Below, piece after piece: positions 1-8,002 of a stretch of DNA of 25,958 bases; the first letter of the stretch is position 1, and each line of letters opens with the position of its first letter. Under the pieces are notes generated by a model. That model was not told the origin of the DNA. It made no database searches and worked only from the letters and a program-made list of their open reading frames with translations. The position numbers and the translations under genes were made by a program. Source of the stretch: a virus (Duplodnaviria; Caudoviricetes); IMG/VR virus record IMGVR_UViG_3300025844_000504, positions 1 through 25,958 of that record; one strand, written 5' to 3'.

Positions 1-831
1 ATGAAAAGAACTACTAAAATGTTATTGATTATGTTGTTTTCAACTGTAATGTTTGCAGTTTCAGCACAAAACTATGCTTTAAAGTTTGACGGCACCAACG
101 ATAAGGTGGGTATCCTGGACAGCCCCGAGCTCAACCCAACAAGCGGCATGACAATTGAAGCCTGGATCAACGCCTACGAATGGAACTCCAACATTTGGGG
201 TGGCGTAATTGTTGGCAAACAAGGCACAAATCCTGATAAAGGCTATTGCTTTACGGCCGGTGAAAATGGCCGCGTGGAATTTACCGTATCAATTAATGAA
301 GGCTGGAAAGCCGTTTCGACCCCTGCCCTGCTGGGCACAAATGCCTGGTATCATATTGCGGGCGTTTATACCGGCACCCAGGTAATGCTCTACATCAACG
401 GACAACTTATCCAAACGGAAGATGCCATCGGCGAACTCACCCACGGAACAGGAGTGGTGATGAATTTGGGAGATAACCCTACCTGGCCCGGTCGATTCTG
501 GAATGGTCGCCTGGATGAAATAAGGATATGGGAAGTTGCCAGAACAGAAGCTGAAATTCAAGCAAATATGAGCGTTGAGTTAAGCGGAACAGAATCAGGT
601 CTTGTGGCTTATTATCCCATGAACGAAGGAAGTGGCAATGTTTTAGGTGATGCCTCAGGAAATGAAAACGACGGACAGCTGGTCAATATGGACGACACTT
701 CATGGGTAGAAGGTTTTCAACCTGTTACAGCTGATTTGGGGGTTATTGGCATAGCCTCCCCCTCTGTTATCGGCAGCGGCTTTAGCACAGAAGAAAAAAT
801 CAGGATAGAAGTAAAGAATTTTGCAACCTAA
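1..831 (+). pseudogene. Host secreted LamG/concanavalin A-like domain protein, probably 3'-truncated by prophage insertion
   Basis: Sec signal peptide (MKRTTKMLLIMLFSTVMFAVSA). LamG-type motifs ALKFDG, MTIEAWIN, WYHIAGVY, LYING, GRLDEIRIW, GLVAYYPMNEG. The ORF stops right after the first strands of an Ig/CARDB-like segment (DLGVIGIASP...IEVKNFAT*), where AT-rich non-coding DNA begins. Confidence 0.75.
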
Positions 832-864
832 GGGGCACAAAACAAAATGTAACAAACAATAATA

Positions 865-918
865 TATTTTTGCCGATTATTTAATTAGGTAACAGTTACT
901 TAGCTATTTTTGCCGATT
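865..918 (+). repeat. Two 14-bp direct repeats TATTTTTGCCGATT near the left end (candidate transposase binding sites)
   Basis: Exact copies at 865-878 and 905-918, 40-bp period, about 35-90 bp inside the inferred junction. The function is inferred. Confidence 0.7.
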
Positions 919-1125
919 GTAGCATTTAAAACAAACTGTATTAATGCCTGCTATCTGATTACTACATTTAAACTCCTCCTGGGGCTTTTTTTATGCCTGC
1001 GTACCATTACCATTTAATATTTACCTAAACGCCGTGTATGTAAGCTTACAGCTTTATTGCAATGCTGTTTTTATGGCTTAAACAAACACCTGGCATATGA
1101 AGGGCAAAAATACCTAAAAAACATA

Positions 1126-1161
1126 ATGGGGGGACATATGGGGCGACAAATGGGGCGACAC
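1126..1161 (+). repeat. Three tandem 12-bp repeats ATGGGG(G/C)GACAN
   Basis: ATGGGGGGACAT (1126), ATGGGGCGACAA (1138), ATGGGGCGACAC (1150): a GC-rich island in AT-rich DNA. Confidence 0.85.
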
Positions 1162-1371
1162 GAACCGCATAAAATAACCTTGATGAGATAGGGTATAAGT
1201 GTAAATAAAATTTCAAAACAAGCTAAAAACAGCTTAAAACAGGTATATAATACCACTAAAAAAACTGTAATTAAATCCAAAATACAGATGTAAGCATAAG
1301 AAATACAGCCATATACGCTGTTATTATGCTAAAAATTAAGCTTTTTACGTGTGTGTGCCGGGGATATATGC

Positions 1372-1755
1372 TTACATTTCTATTTTATTCGCCTTTATAA
1401 CAGCGTGTAAGCTTCTGATTGTTTCCTCTTTTGCTTCCAGAAGGCGCTCCCTTAAATTACATTGTTGGCATGGTCCAGGTGGTTGCCTTGTTTCGTAAGA
1501 AGCAGCCGGATCATTTATTAAAATGGAGCTGTCGCTTTTATATTTCTCAAACATTGAACCTTCACCACTTATCAGCCATTTTAGACTAACTTCTGGGAAT
1601 TTATAGAACATCTTCTCAATAATACTACATCCAACATCACCCTTTTTATTAGCCATTTTGCCGAAATAGCCGTTTCCAATGCCTAATTCTCGCTCTAACG
1701 ATGACTTTTTAAGCTCGTAATAATCAATAACTTGTAGAATACGGTCTATCGTCAT
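1372..1755 (-). CDS. Prophage repressor (XRE/CI-like HTH, no S24 peptidase domain)
   Basis: N-terminal HTH (DRILQVIDYYELKKSSLERELGIGNGYF), VSLKWLISGEGSM motif, divergent from the early operon. The C-terminus has CQQC plus a coiled coil. Confidence 0.85.
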   Translation of the reverse strand: MTIDRILQVIDYYELKKSSLERELGIGNGYFGKMANKKGDVGCSIIEKMFYKFPEVSLKWLISGEGSMFEKYKSDSSILINDPAASYETRQPPGPCQQCNLRERLLEAKEETIRSLHAVIKANKIEM

Positions 1756-1811
1756 TTAAAATAAATTAGAAAAAGTTCTAAAAAAACTTGCTTTTTATAG
1801 AATGTATTCTA
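1735..1811. promoter_or_regulatory. Operator array, consensus TAGAA-N4-TTCTA
   Basis: TAGAATACGGTCTA (1735-1748), TAGAAAAAGTTCTA (1767-1780), TAGAATGTATTCTA (1798-1811); spacing 32 and 31 bp. A further near-copy TAGAACATCTTCTC lies at 1604-1617. Confidence 0.75.
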
Positions 1812-1819
1812 TATCTTTG
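1788..1819 (+). promoter_or_regulatory. Early (lytic) promoter, Bacteroidetes -33/-7 type
   Basis: TTG at 1788-1790 and TATCTTTG at 1812-1819 (TAnnTTTG), 21-nt spacer, upstream of the Cro-like gene. Confidence 0.7.
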
Positions 1820-1820
1820 C

Positions 1821-1852
1821 CAAAAGTATACGACAAAAATACGTTTAAACAA
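1821..1852 (-). promoter_or_regulatory. Repressor promoter, Bacteroidetes -33/-7 type
   Basis: Minus-strand TACTTTTG (1821-1828) and TTG (1850-1852), 21-nt spacer, pointing toward the repressor. Confidence 0.6.
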
Positions 1853-2094
1853 TGGCAAAAGTCAAGAAAAAAGTAAAATACCCTGAAAACGTGGAAGTTA
1901 AAAAGGCCTTGCGCTATGGCGACATTAGGATACTGGCTAACAGGTCGCTGCGGTACACTTATCGCACTATACATGACATACTTCAGGGTCGGCGTGCAAT
2001 GCCTGATAGCCTGGCGCAAGATATTGTTGCCTTAATTAAGGAGCGTAAACATATCGCTAAAGAATTACGCGAGGTGACAGCAGCTGAAAAATAG
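1852..2094 (+). CDS. Cro/Ner-like small DNA-binding protein
   Basis: 80 aa, basic, HTH-like (LRYGDIRILANRSLRYTYRTIHDILQGRR); first early gene, between repressor and transposase. Confidence 0.75.
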   Translation: MAKVKKKVKYPENVEVKKALRYGDIRILANRSLRYTYRTIHDILQGRRAMPDSLAQDIVALIKERKHIAKELREVTAAEK

Positions 2095-2110
2095 CCTTAC
2101 CAAATTTAAC

Positions 2111-4123
2111 ATGGAATATTATAACAACATACTTTGCATTTCTACACCCGAGTTGACTAACCCGGAAGATGAAATTATAAGCTATAAAGCTTTGAGAAGG
2201 TATGTTGATCGCAATCCTAACGTGCGGGTGCGCAGGGGATCTCCTGCTGGTCCTGCGCTTTTGAGTTGGAATAGTTTGCGGGATGATCTGAAGCAGGCTT
2301 ATGTGGCTCGCTATGGCGATCCGGCTAAGCAGGTGAGGCATAATGCCCTGGAGGAAATGATTGTGCCTGATGCCAAAGCTGCTCAATATTATAGCAGCTA
2401 TCAGCTTGAGGATGGCCGCAACCTTCCTTTTGATGTGCAACAAGAATATACGATAAACGCCTGCGTGCTCAATGCAGTGAATAAATTGGTTAATAATAGG
2501 AAGGCGAAAAGCCGCGCACTGGGTAATAGAGCAAAGCAGGTGTGGGAGCTGGTGAGCAGTGCAGTGAATGATTTGCAGGATCCGTGGAAGCACAGCTTGC
2601 CAGCTAACCCAGTGCGTTTAAAGGATAAGCTAAAGCATTACCTCGAAGGTAGTTATCCGGTGCTTATCCATCGCGGATATGGTAATGGCAACAGCCGCAA
2701 GGTGAATGATCGCATTGAGCGCCTGATTATGTCGATCTACAGCATGCAGAATTTACCCTTTATGGATTGGGTGCACGATTATTATTTGCGCTTCCTGGGT
2801 GGCGAGTTGCAGATTGTTGATGGCGAAACAGGCGAACTGTATAATCGTGAGGACTTTTACGACGACAAAAAGCAAACCTACATCACGATCAGCAAGGCTA
2901 CTGTATATAATGTGCTTAAAAATCCGGCCAACGATGTGATTATTGACCGTATGCGCAGCAGCAGGATAGATCACGACACTAAGGCAACACCTTATAACAG
3001 AAGGCATGCTCCTGTATATAGCTTAAGCAAGATTTCGGCTGATGACCGCACCCTGCCCCGCAAAACTTTGGACGGCAAATGGGTGAATGCTTATTATGCG
3101 TTTGATGTGGCCAGTGGTGTGGTGCTGAGCGCCGTATATGATGATCGCAACCCTGACACCGAAATGGTATGGGAATGCTTCAGGGAATTGTACCGCAATG
3201 TGGAGCAAAACAATTTGATGTGGCCTATTGAGCTGGAAGTTGAGAACCACCTGATGAAACCACTGGAAGAACAGCTGAGGCAGATGTTTAGCTTCGTTAC
3301 CTATACCAACCCAGGCACTTCAAAGAGCAAAAGGGCTGAGCATTATATCCATGCAAAAAAATACCAGGATGAGCGCCGCCACCAGATTGGGATTGGACGC
3401 TGGTATAGCAAGAGCAAGCATTATGGGATAAAAACAAGCACCAAGGATCCTGACTACAAAGAGCCACGCCTGCCACGCGAACAAATTATTGCTGAGGATA
3501 TGGAATCGGTAATGCGCTTTAATAACGAGCTGCACCCGAATCAGAAATTTCATCCTGGAATGACACGCTGGCAAGTGCTTGTTGAAAAAATGAACCCCGA
3601 TGCCGGAAGGCCTGAAAAATATAAACTCTTCCGCTTTATGGGAATGCAAACTGATACCAGCATCCGGAATAATGACGCTGTACAGGTGCAATATCAGGCT
3701 TATGGCATCGAGAAGTTTGAAGTGCTGCGCCTGTTGAAGCCTAATAACTATAAGGTAACGGCCTGTTATGTGCCTGCAGGCGACGGTTCAATTAATGAGG
3801 TATATCTGTATCAGGGCGAAAGATTTATCAGCCGCGCTACTTTGATCGAACGCTACAACGAAGCTAAAGCCGAACGCACCGAACGCGACGAGCAGATCCG
3901 CACCCAACAGGCAAAGCGCAAAGCGAACTTTTACAAGCTCGAAAAAGAGGGTGTGGCCTCCAAAATTGCCCGCAAGATCATTATTGAAGAGCAGGAAAAT
4001 TACAAGCATGAGCAGCCAGTGAAGCTTGTGGATATGCCACAGCAGCAGGAAGAAAGCCTTGACGAACTGATGAAGATATACAGCGGAAAGCATTACCAGG
4101 AGAAAAGCATCAACGATTTGTAA
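2111..4123 (+). CDS. MuA-like DDE transposase
   Basis: 670 aa. RNase H-like core motifs ISADDR, YYAFDVASG, ELEVENH, SKRAEH. Followed by an AAA ATPase. Confidence 0.9.
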   Translation: MEYYNNILCISTPELTNPEDEIISYKALRRYVDRNPNVRVRRGSPAGPALLSWNSLRDDLKQAYVARYGDPAKQVRHNALEEMIVPDAKAAQYYSSYQLEDGRNLPFDVQQEYTINACVLNAVNKLVNNRKAKSRALGNRAKQVWELVSSAVNDLQDPWKHSLPANPVRLKDKLKHYLEGSYPVLIHRGYGNGNSRKVNDRIERLIMSIYSMQNLPFMDWVHDYYLRFLGGELQIVDGETGELYNREDFYDDKKQTYITISKATVYNVLKNPANDVIIDRMRSSRIDHDTKATPYNRRHAPVYSLSKISADDRTLPRKTLDGKWVNAYYAFDVASGVVLSAVYDDRNPDTEMVWECFRELYRNVEQNNLMWPIELEVENHLMKPLEEQLRQMFSFVTYTNPGTSKSKRAEHYIHAKKYQDERRHQIGIGRWYSKSKHYGIKTSTKDPDYKEPRLPREQIIAEDMESVMRFNNELHPNQKFHPGMTRWQVLVEKMNPDAGRPEKYKLFRFMGMQTDTSIRNNDAVQVQYQAYGIEKFEVLRLLKPNNYKVTACYVPAGDGSINEVYLYQGERFISRATLIERYNEAKAERTERDEQIRTQQAKRKANFYKLEKEGVASKIARKIIIEEQENYKHEQPVKLVDMPQQQEESLDELMKIYSGKHYQEKSINDL

Positions 4124-4156
4124 ACAGCATTGCAACACCATTAAAACACCATAAAT

Positions 4157-5026
4157 ATGATTACACACGAATTAAAAGAGAGAGTTATCAAAGCGATGAT
4201 CGAGAGGCGCGAGAGCTTCGCAGGATCAGACGCTAAATTTGCAACGGCATTAGGCATCAGCCCTACTGCTTACAACCGCATCAAAAACGGCAACACCGAT
4301 CAGGTGCTTTCAGATCAGAACTGGATAAGCCTTGCCCGGAAGCTCGACACACCCCTGCGCGAACAACGCGAGTGGAAAGCTGCCGTAACGCCTACATTTG
4401 AATTTATAAGTGCGCAACTGGCCTTTTGCCAGCAAAATGGCGCAAGCCGCATCCTGTGCGATGTGCCTGATATTGGCAAAACCTTTACTGCTAAGGTGTA
4501 TTGCCGTGCGAACAAAAACGCCGTTTACATTGATTGTTCGCAGGTGAAAAGCAAGCAACGCCTTGTGAGGCAAATTGCACAGGAGTTTGGTGTGAATCAT
4601 CGGGGCCGCTATGCCGAGGTTTACGCAGATTTGGTGTTTTATCTGCGTAGCCTCGAGGCTCCCTTGATCGTTCTGGACGAAGCAGGCGATTTGGAATATC
4701 AAGCATTTTTGGAACTGAAAGCACTTTGGAATGCCACCGAAAAAATGACCGGTTGGTACATGATGGGTGCTGATGGCCTGAAGGCTAAAATGAAACGCTC
4801 GATTGCTAACGACAAAGTTGGTTATGCAGAGCTGTTTAGCCGCTTTGGTGCCCGGTATCAGAAAGCCAGCCCCGACACTGCCAACGAACTGAAACAGTTT
4901 AAAACAGTACATGCAGCAATTATTTTGCAGGCCAACGCACCCGGCCAAACCGGCATCGAAAAAATGATCAGGCAAAGCGACTACAGCCTGCGACGTATCT
5001 ATGACGAAATCAATAAAGTGAGTTAA
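4157..5026 (+). CDS. MuB-like AAA+ ATPase with N-terminal HTH
   Basis: HTH (SDAKFATALGISPTAYNRIKNG), Walker A variant DVPDIGKT, Walker B LIVLDEAG, ELFSRFG arginine-finger region. Confidence 0.88.
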   Translation: MITHELKERVIKAMIERRESFAGSDAKFATALGISPTAYNRIKNGNTDQVLSDQNWISLARKLDTPLREQREWKAAVTPTFEFISAQLAFCQQNGASRILCDVPDIGKTFTAKVYCRANKNAVYIDCSQVKSKQRLVRQIAQEFGVNHRGRYAEVYADLVFYLRSLEAPLIVLDEAGDLEYQAFLELKALWNATEKMTGWYMMGADGLKAKMKRSIANDKVGYAELFSRFGARYQKASPDTANELKQFKTVHAAIILQANAPGQTGIEKMIRQSDYSLRRIYDEINKVS

Positions 5027-5027
5027 T

Positions 5028-5669
5028 ATGGCACAACGGGCAGTATCGGTTAGTCAGCTGTATAAAGCAAGATTTAAAGGATTAGACTTTGACGGATCCT
5101 GGCATGCCAGCTTTGGCCGCCCCGAACTTACGGGCAGCTGGCTGGTGTGGGGCAACTCCGGCAATGGCAAAACCCGATTTGCTTTGCAGCTGGCTAAATA
5201 CCTGTGCCAGTTTGGTCGTGTAGCTTACAACAGCTTGGAAGAAGGCAATAGCATGAGCCTTCAGCAAGCTGTTATGGATATTGATTTTAGCTCGGTATCG
5301 CGGCGGATGATCTTCCTGGACAAAGAGCCAGTGCAGGATTTGATCGAACGCCTGAAGAAGCGCAAAAGCCCTGACGTAATTATCATTGACAGTGTGCAAT
5401 ACACCGGTTTGAAATATGCCGACTATGTTGATTTGATGAGCATGTTCAGGCGCAAATTATTCATCCTTATTTCGCATGCAGACGGCAAGCTCCCGGAGGG
5501 GAGAGTTGCAAAATCAATCAGATACGATGCTAATGTGAAAGTATGGATAGAAGGCTATATGGCATTCCCCATGAGCCGCTACGGAGGCGGAATGCCCTAC
5601 ACGATTTGGCAGGAAGGAGCGGCACAGTTCTTTAATCCTAATACAGAAACAGATGAAAGCGACAATTAA
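5028..5669 (+). CDS. Second P-loop ATPase (RecA/RadA-like fold)
   Basis: Walker A GNSGNGKT, YNSLEEG, Walker B VIIIDSVQ, FILISH. Confidence 0.85.
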   Translation: MAQRAVSVSQLYKARFKGLDFDGSWHASFGRPELTGSWLVWGNSGNGKTRFALQLAKYLCQFGRVAYNSLEEGNSMSLQQAVMDIDFSSVSRRMIFLDKEPVQDLIERLKKRKSPDVIIIDSVQYTGLKYADYVDLMSMFRRKLFILISHADGKLPEGRVAKSIRYDANVKVWIEGYMAFPMSRYGGGMPYTIWQEGAAQFFNPNTETDESDN

Positions 5670-6054
5670 ACAGCAGCGACAGCTCAAAAATGCAACAATC
5701 AAAGAGCAGGTGCTTCATCTGCTCAATTATAGCGAAAGCCAGTATAATGCACTGCTATTTGAAACGGCATGTGCCTACATTGAGGAGCTTACCATTGCCC
5801 CCGAAATAGCAGCTGAGTTCCTGAGCGAACAGCTATTTTGGAACTGGTGGAAGCAACAATGGGCAATGGTTGATGAGGTGTTCCTGATCCAAAGCCATAA
5901 TTCCCCGCTTGCATTGGCTACAATGCGCAACTGGTACGAACGTATGCACCGCGATATTGATGCCTTTCCTGATCCGGTGGTGTATGATCGCATCCAGGAT
6001 AATTACATGAAAATGGTGAAGGGCGTAATTAAAAAACACACCAGCGATGTATAA
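5653..6054 (+). CDS. Hypothetical phage protein
   Basis: Overlaps both neighbours in the early operon; FWNWWKQQW motif. Confidence 0.75.
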   Translation: MKATIKQQRQLKNATIKEQVLHLLNYSESQYNALLFETACAYIEELTIAPEIAAEFLSEQLFWNWWKQQWAMVDEVFLIQSHNSPLALATMRNWYERMHRDIDAFPDPVVYDRIQDNYMKMVKGVIKKHTSDV

Positions 6055-6274
6055 CAGACCAGTTGAATTAGAGCGCTCGGTGATGGAATTGCGCGACAAA
6101 CTTGAAGCTTTGCAACGCAATAACACCCTGAGCATTGAAGAAAAGACCAGGCAAATGAGCCTGTTGCAGCATAAAATAGAATGCCGCCAAACCCGCATTG
6201 ATATAAAAGCAGGGCGCAAGCCTAACTTTTTGACCGATGTGCCTGGCGGAAGTATTAACACAATAATTGAATAG
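6047..6274 (+). CDS. Hypothetical coiled-coil phage protein
   Basis: Tightly packed in the operon; heptad-like pattern. Confidence 0.65.
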   Translation: MYNRPVELERSVMELRDKLEALQRNNTLSIEEKTRQMSLLQHKIECRQTRIDIKAGRKPNFLTDVPGGSINTIIE

Positions 6275-6276
6275 CT

Positions 6277-6489
6277 ATGTATGTAGAACTTTATCAGCAA
6301 GTAAAAGAGATGCGCAAGCTACAGAAAGCGTATTTCATCAGCCGCAGCCCCGAAGTGCTAAGGCTCGCCAAACAGTATGAACGCCGGGTTGATATGATGA
6401 TCGACCAGATGGATAATGCCAACCGGCAATTGTTTAACCTCACCCCCGAGCAGGATCCGGCAGAGGTGGCAGTCCAGCACAAGCGATGA
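6277..6489 (+). CDS. Hypothetical phage protein
   Basis: VKEMRKLQKAYF...AKQYERRVD helical peptide; 2-bp gap from the previous stop. Confidence 0.7.
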   Translation: MYVELYQQVKEMRKLQKAYFISRSPEVLRLAKQYERRVDMMIDQMDNANRQLFNLTPEQDPAEVAVQHKR

Positions 6490-6656
6490 ACAACAAGGTA
6501 ATGCGAGAGCGCGAGGTGCAGGTATATCACAACGATGATATGAAGCCTCTGAAAGTGATCAAGCAGCGGCGCAATGATCCCTGCTACTGCGGAAGCGGTA
6601 AAAAAGCAAAGCATTGCTGCGGCGAAAGAGAGTTGTTTTTGAAAAATAAAAATTGA
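6486..6656 (+). CDS. SEC-C (SecA C-terminal-like Zn-binding) mini-protein, 56 aa; not in the ORF track
   Basis: Translated by hand: MNNKVMREREVQVYHNDDMKPLKVIKQRRNDPCYCGSGKKAKHCCGERELFLKNKN. ATGA overlap with the previous gene; it fills the gap to 6661. Confidence 0.88.
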   Translation: MNNKVMREREVQVYHNDDMKPLKVIKQRRNDPCYCGSGKKAKHCCGERELFLKNKN

Positions 6657-6660
6657 TACT

Positions 6661-7029
6661 ATGAAAAAAGTAATTACACCTACAACTTTAGCATCGCTCA
6701 ATTTGGGCGATCCTATGATGAAATTAAGCCGGACAAAACTAAGCTTTAATCAAGCTGCTGTTGAGCTGCTGGCGCTTAAAAAAGGAGCAAAATTCGTGCT
6801 TGAAGACGAAGGCAATGGCCTTATCTTTTACCGAGATACTGCCGCATCAGATGCCTTTGTAGTTGAAAACACATACAAATATGGTGGTGCATATGCAAAT
6901 CACAGATATTTAATTGAGTACCTGTTCGATAGAAGCGTGAAAGAAGTGAGTTATTTGATTGGCGAACTGAAAGACGGACGACGTGTGCTGATGCTAAAAA
7001 AAAAGCAAGTAAATAAACCTAAAAGTTGA
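6661..7029 (+). CDS. Hypothetical phage protein
   Basis: In operon; LSFNQAAVELLAL beta-rich pattern. Confidence 0.7.
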   Translation: MKKVITPTTLASLNLGDPMMKLSRTKLSFNQAAVELLALKKGAKFVLEDEGNGLIFYRDTAASDAFVVENTYKYGGAYANHRYLIEYLFDRSVKEVSYLIGELKDGRRVLMLKKKQVNKPKS

Positions 7030-7034
7030 TTATT

Positions 7035-7643
7035 ATGAAAATTTGGAAAGATGAAAATGGGGTGGCTATCCCCGCAAACCGGATAACGGCAAGCGAAAAG
7101 CTTAGAGAAAAAGCATCTGAAAAGCTGCTGGCAAAATCGGTGAAGCTGAGCGAGCAATTGCAGGCCTTTAAAGATGAATTTGCAGCGCTATCAGATGAAG
7201 TGTACAAAGCTGTTATGGCTGAAAATGGCGTGAACATAGGCGACCGAAAAGGCAATTTTACCTTTTACAATTTTGATCGGAGCATCAGAATTGAAACGGA
7301 TGTGAACGAACGCATTGTGTTTGATGATGCTTTAATTGAAGTGGCGAAACAGCATTTTAACAGCTTTCTGACTAACGGAACCAACAGCGTGGATGCAATG
7401 ATCCGCGAAATGATTAATGATGCCTTTAGCACATCGCGCGGGCGGCTGGATGCTAAAAAAGTGATGGGATTGCTGAAATATAAAGGACGTGTGCGCGAGG
7501 ACAAATACCCCGAATTTCATAAGGCATTAAAGGCTATTGAAGATAGTATCAGAAGGCCAGAAAGCAAGGTGTATTATCGCGTTTCGAGGCGAAACAAGGC
7601 TGGTGAATATGAACCTATAAATCTTAATTTTTCGGCATTATGA
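7035..7643 (+). CDS. DUF3164-family Mu-like phage protein
   Basis: KGNFTFYNFDRSIRI, I-x-FDD, INDAF, EYEPINLNFSAL C-terminus. ATG 7035 preferred over TTG 7026. Confidence 0.8.
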   Translation: MKIWKDENGVAIPANRITASEKLREKASEKLLAKSVKLSEQLQAFKDEFAALSDEVYKAVMAENGVNIGDRKGNFTFYNFDRSIRIETDVNERIVFDDALIEVAKQHFNSFLTNGTNSVDAMIREMINDAFSTSRGRLDAKKVMGLLKYKGRVREDKYPEFHKALKAIEDSIRRPESKVYYRVSRRNKAGEYEPINLNFSAL

Positions 7644-8002
7644 ACCCCTATGCAGCACCCGGATTGAACCAATATGAGGACGAAATAATGGAACATGTAA
7701 TGGCCTATTTCGACACCGAAGCAGATATAATAACAGCCAAGTATCGCGGCCAAAAATACGTAATGCAACGCCGCACAGCTGCTGTGCTTATATCATTTGC
7801 AACAGGCGACCTCAGAAGAGCCGTCCGGGTGGTGCACAGGAATCGCACAATGATCTATCACTACCTTACCACAACGCGCGATATGCTGATGTATGGCCAC
7901 GAGCGCGAGCGCATACACACGCTATGCAGGCGCATAGGGATAGATTATCATAAATTAGTTGATTACCTAAACTTTGAAGAATGGCGACAATGGCAGAATT
8001 AA
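7640..8002 (+). CDS. Putative DNA-binding protein (DnaA C-terminal HTH-like)
   Basis: IITAKYRGQKYVMQRRTAAVL...VVHRNRTMIYHY resembles DnaA domain IV (R-x-H-T-T-V). Confidence 0.5.
   Translation: MNPYAAPGLNQYEDEIMEHVMAYFDTEADIITAKYRGQKYVMQRRTAAVLISFATGDLRRAVRVVHRNRTMIYHYLTTTRDMLMYGHERERIHTLCRRIGIDYHKLVDYLNFEEWRQWQN

Noticed and set aside
865-1161. CRISPR-like reading of the short repeats
   Set aside because: Only 2-3 short units, no array of 25-40 bp repeats with spacers, and no cas genes.
1071-1280. 69-aa minus-strand ORF with CRPICRPICPP repeats
   Set aside because: It has a TTG start and the peptide repeat is just the translation of the 12-bp DNA repeats. The hydrophobicity follows from A-tracts on the other strand. 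Not supported as a gene.
1293-1330. Imperfect hairpin downstream of the repressor (AGCATAA..ACAGC/GCTGT..TTATGCT)
   Set aside because: AT-rich and interrupted, with no U tract in the repressor direction; too weak to call a terminator or RNA.
6996-7004. A9 run near the end of the 6661-7029 gene
   Set aside because: It encodes a Lys-rich tail, and the next gene has its own good ATG at 7035. No evidence for recoding.
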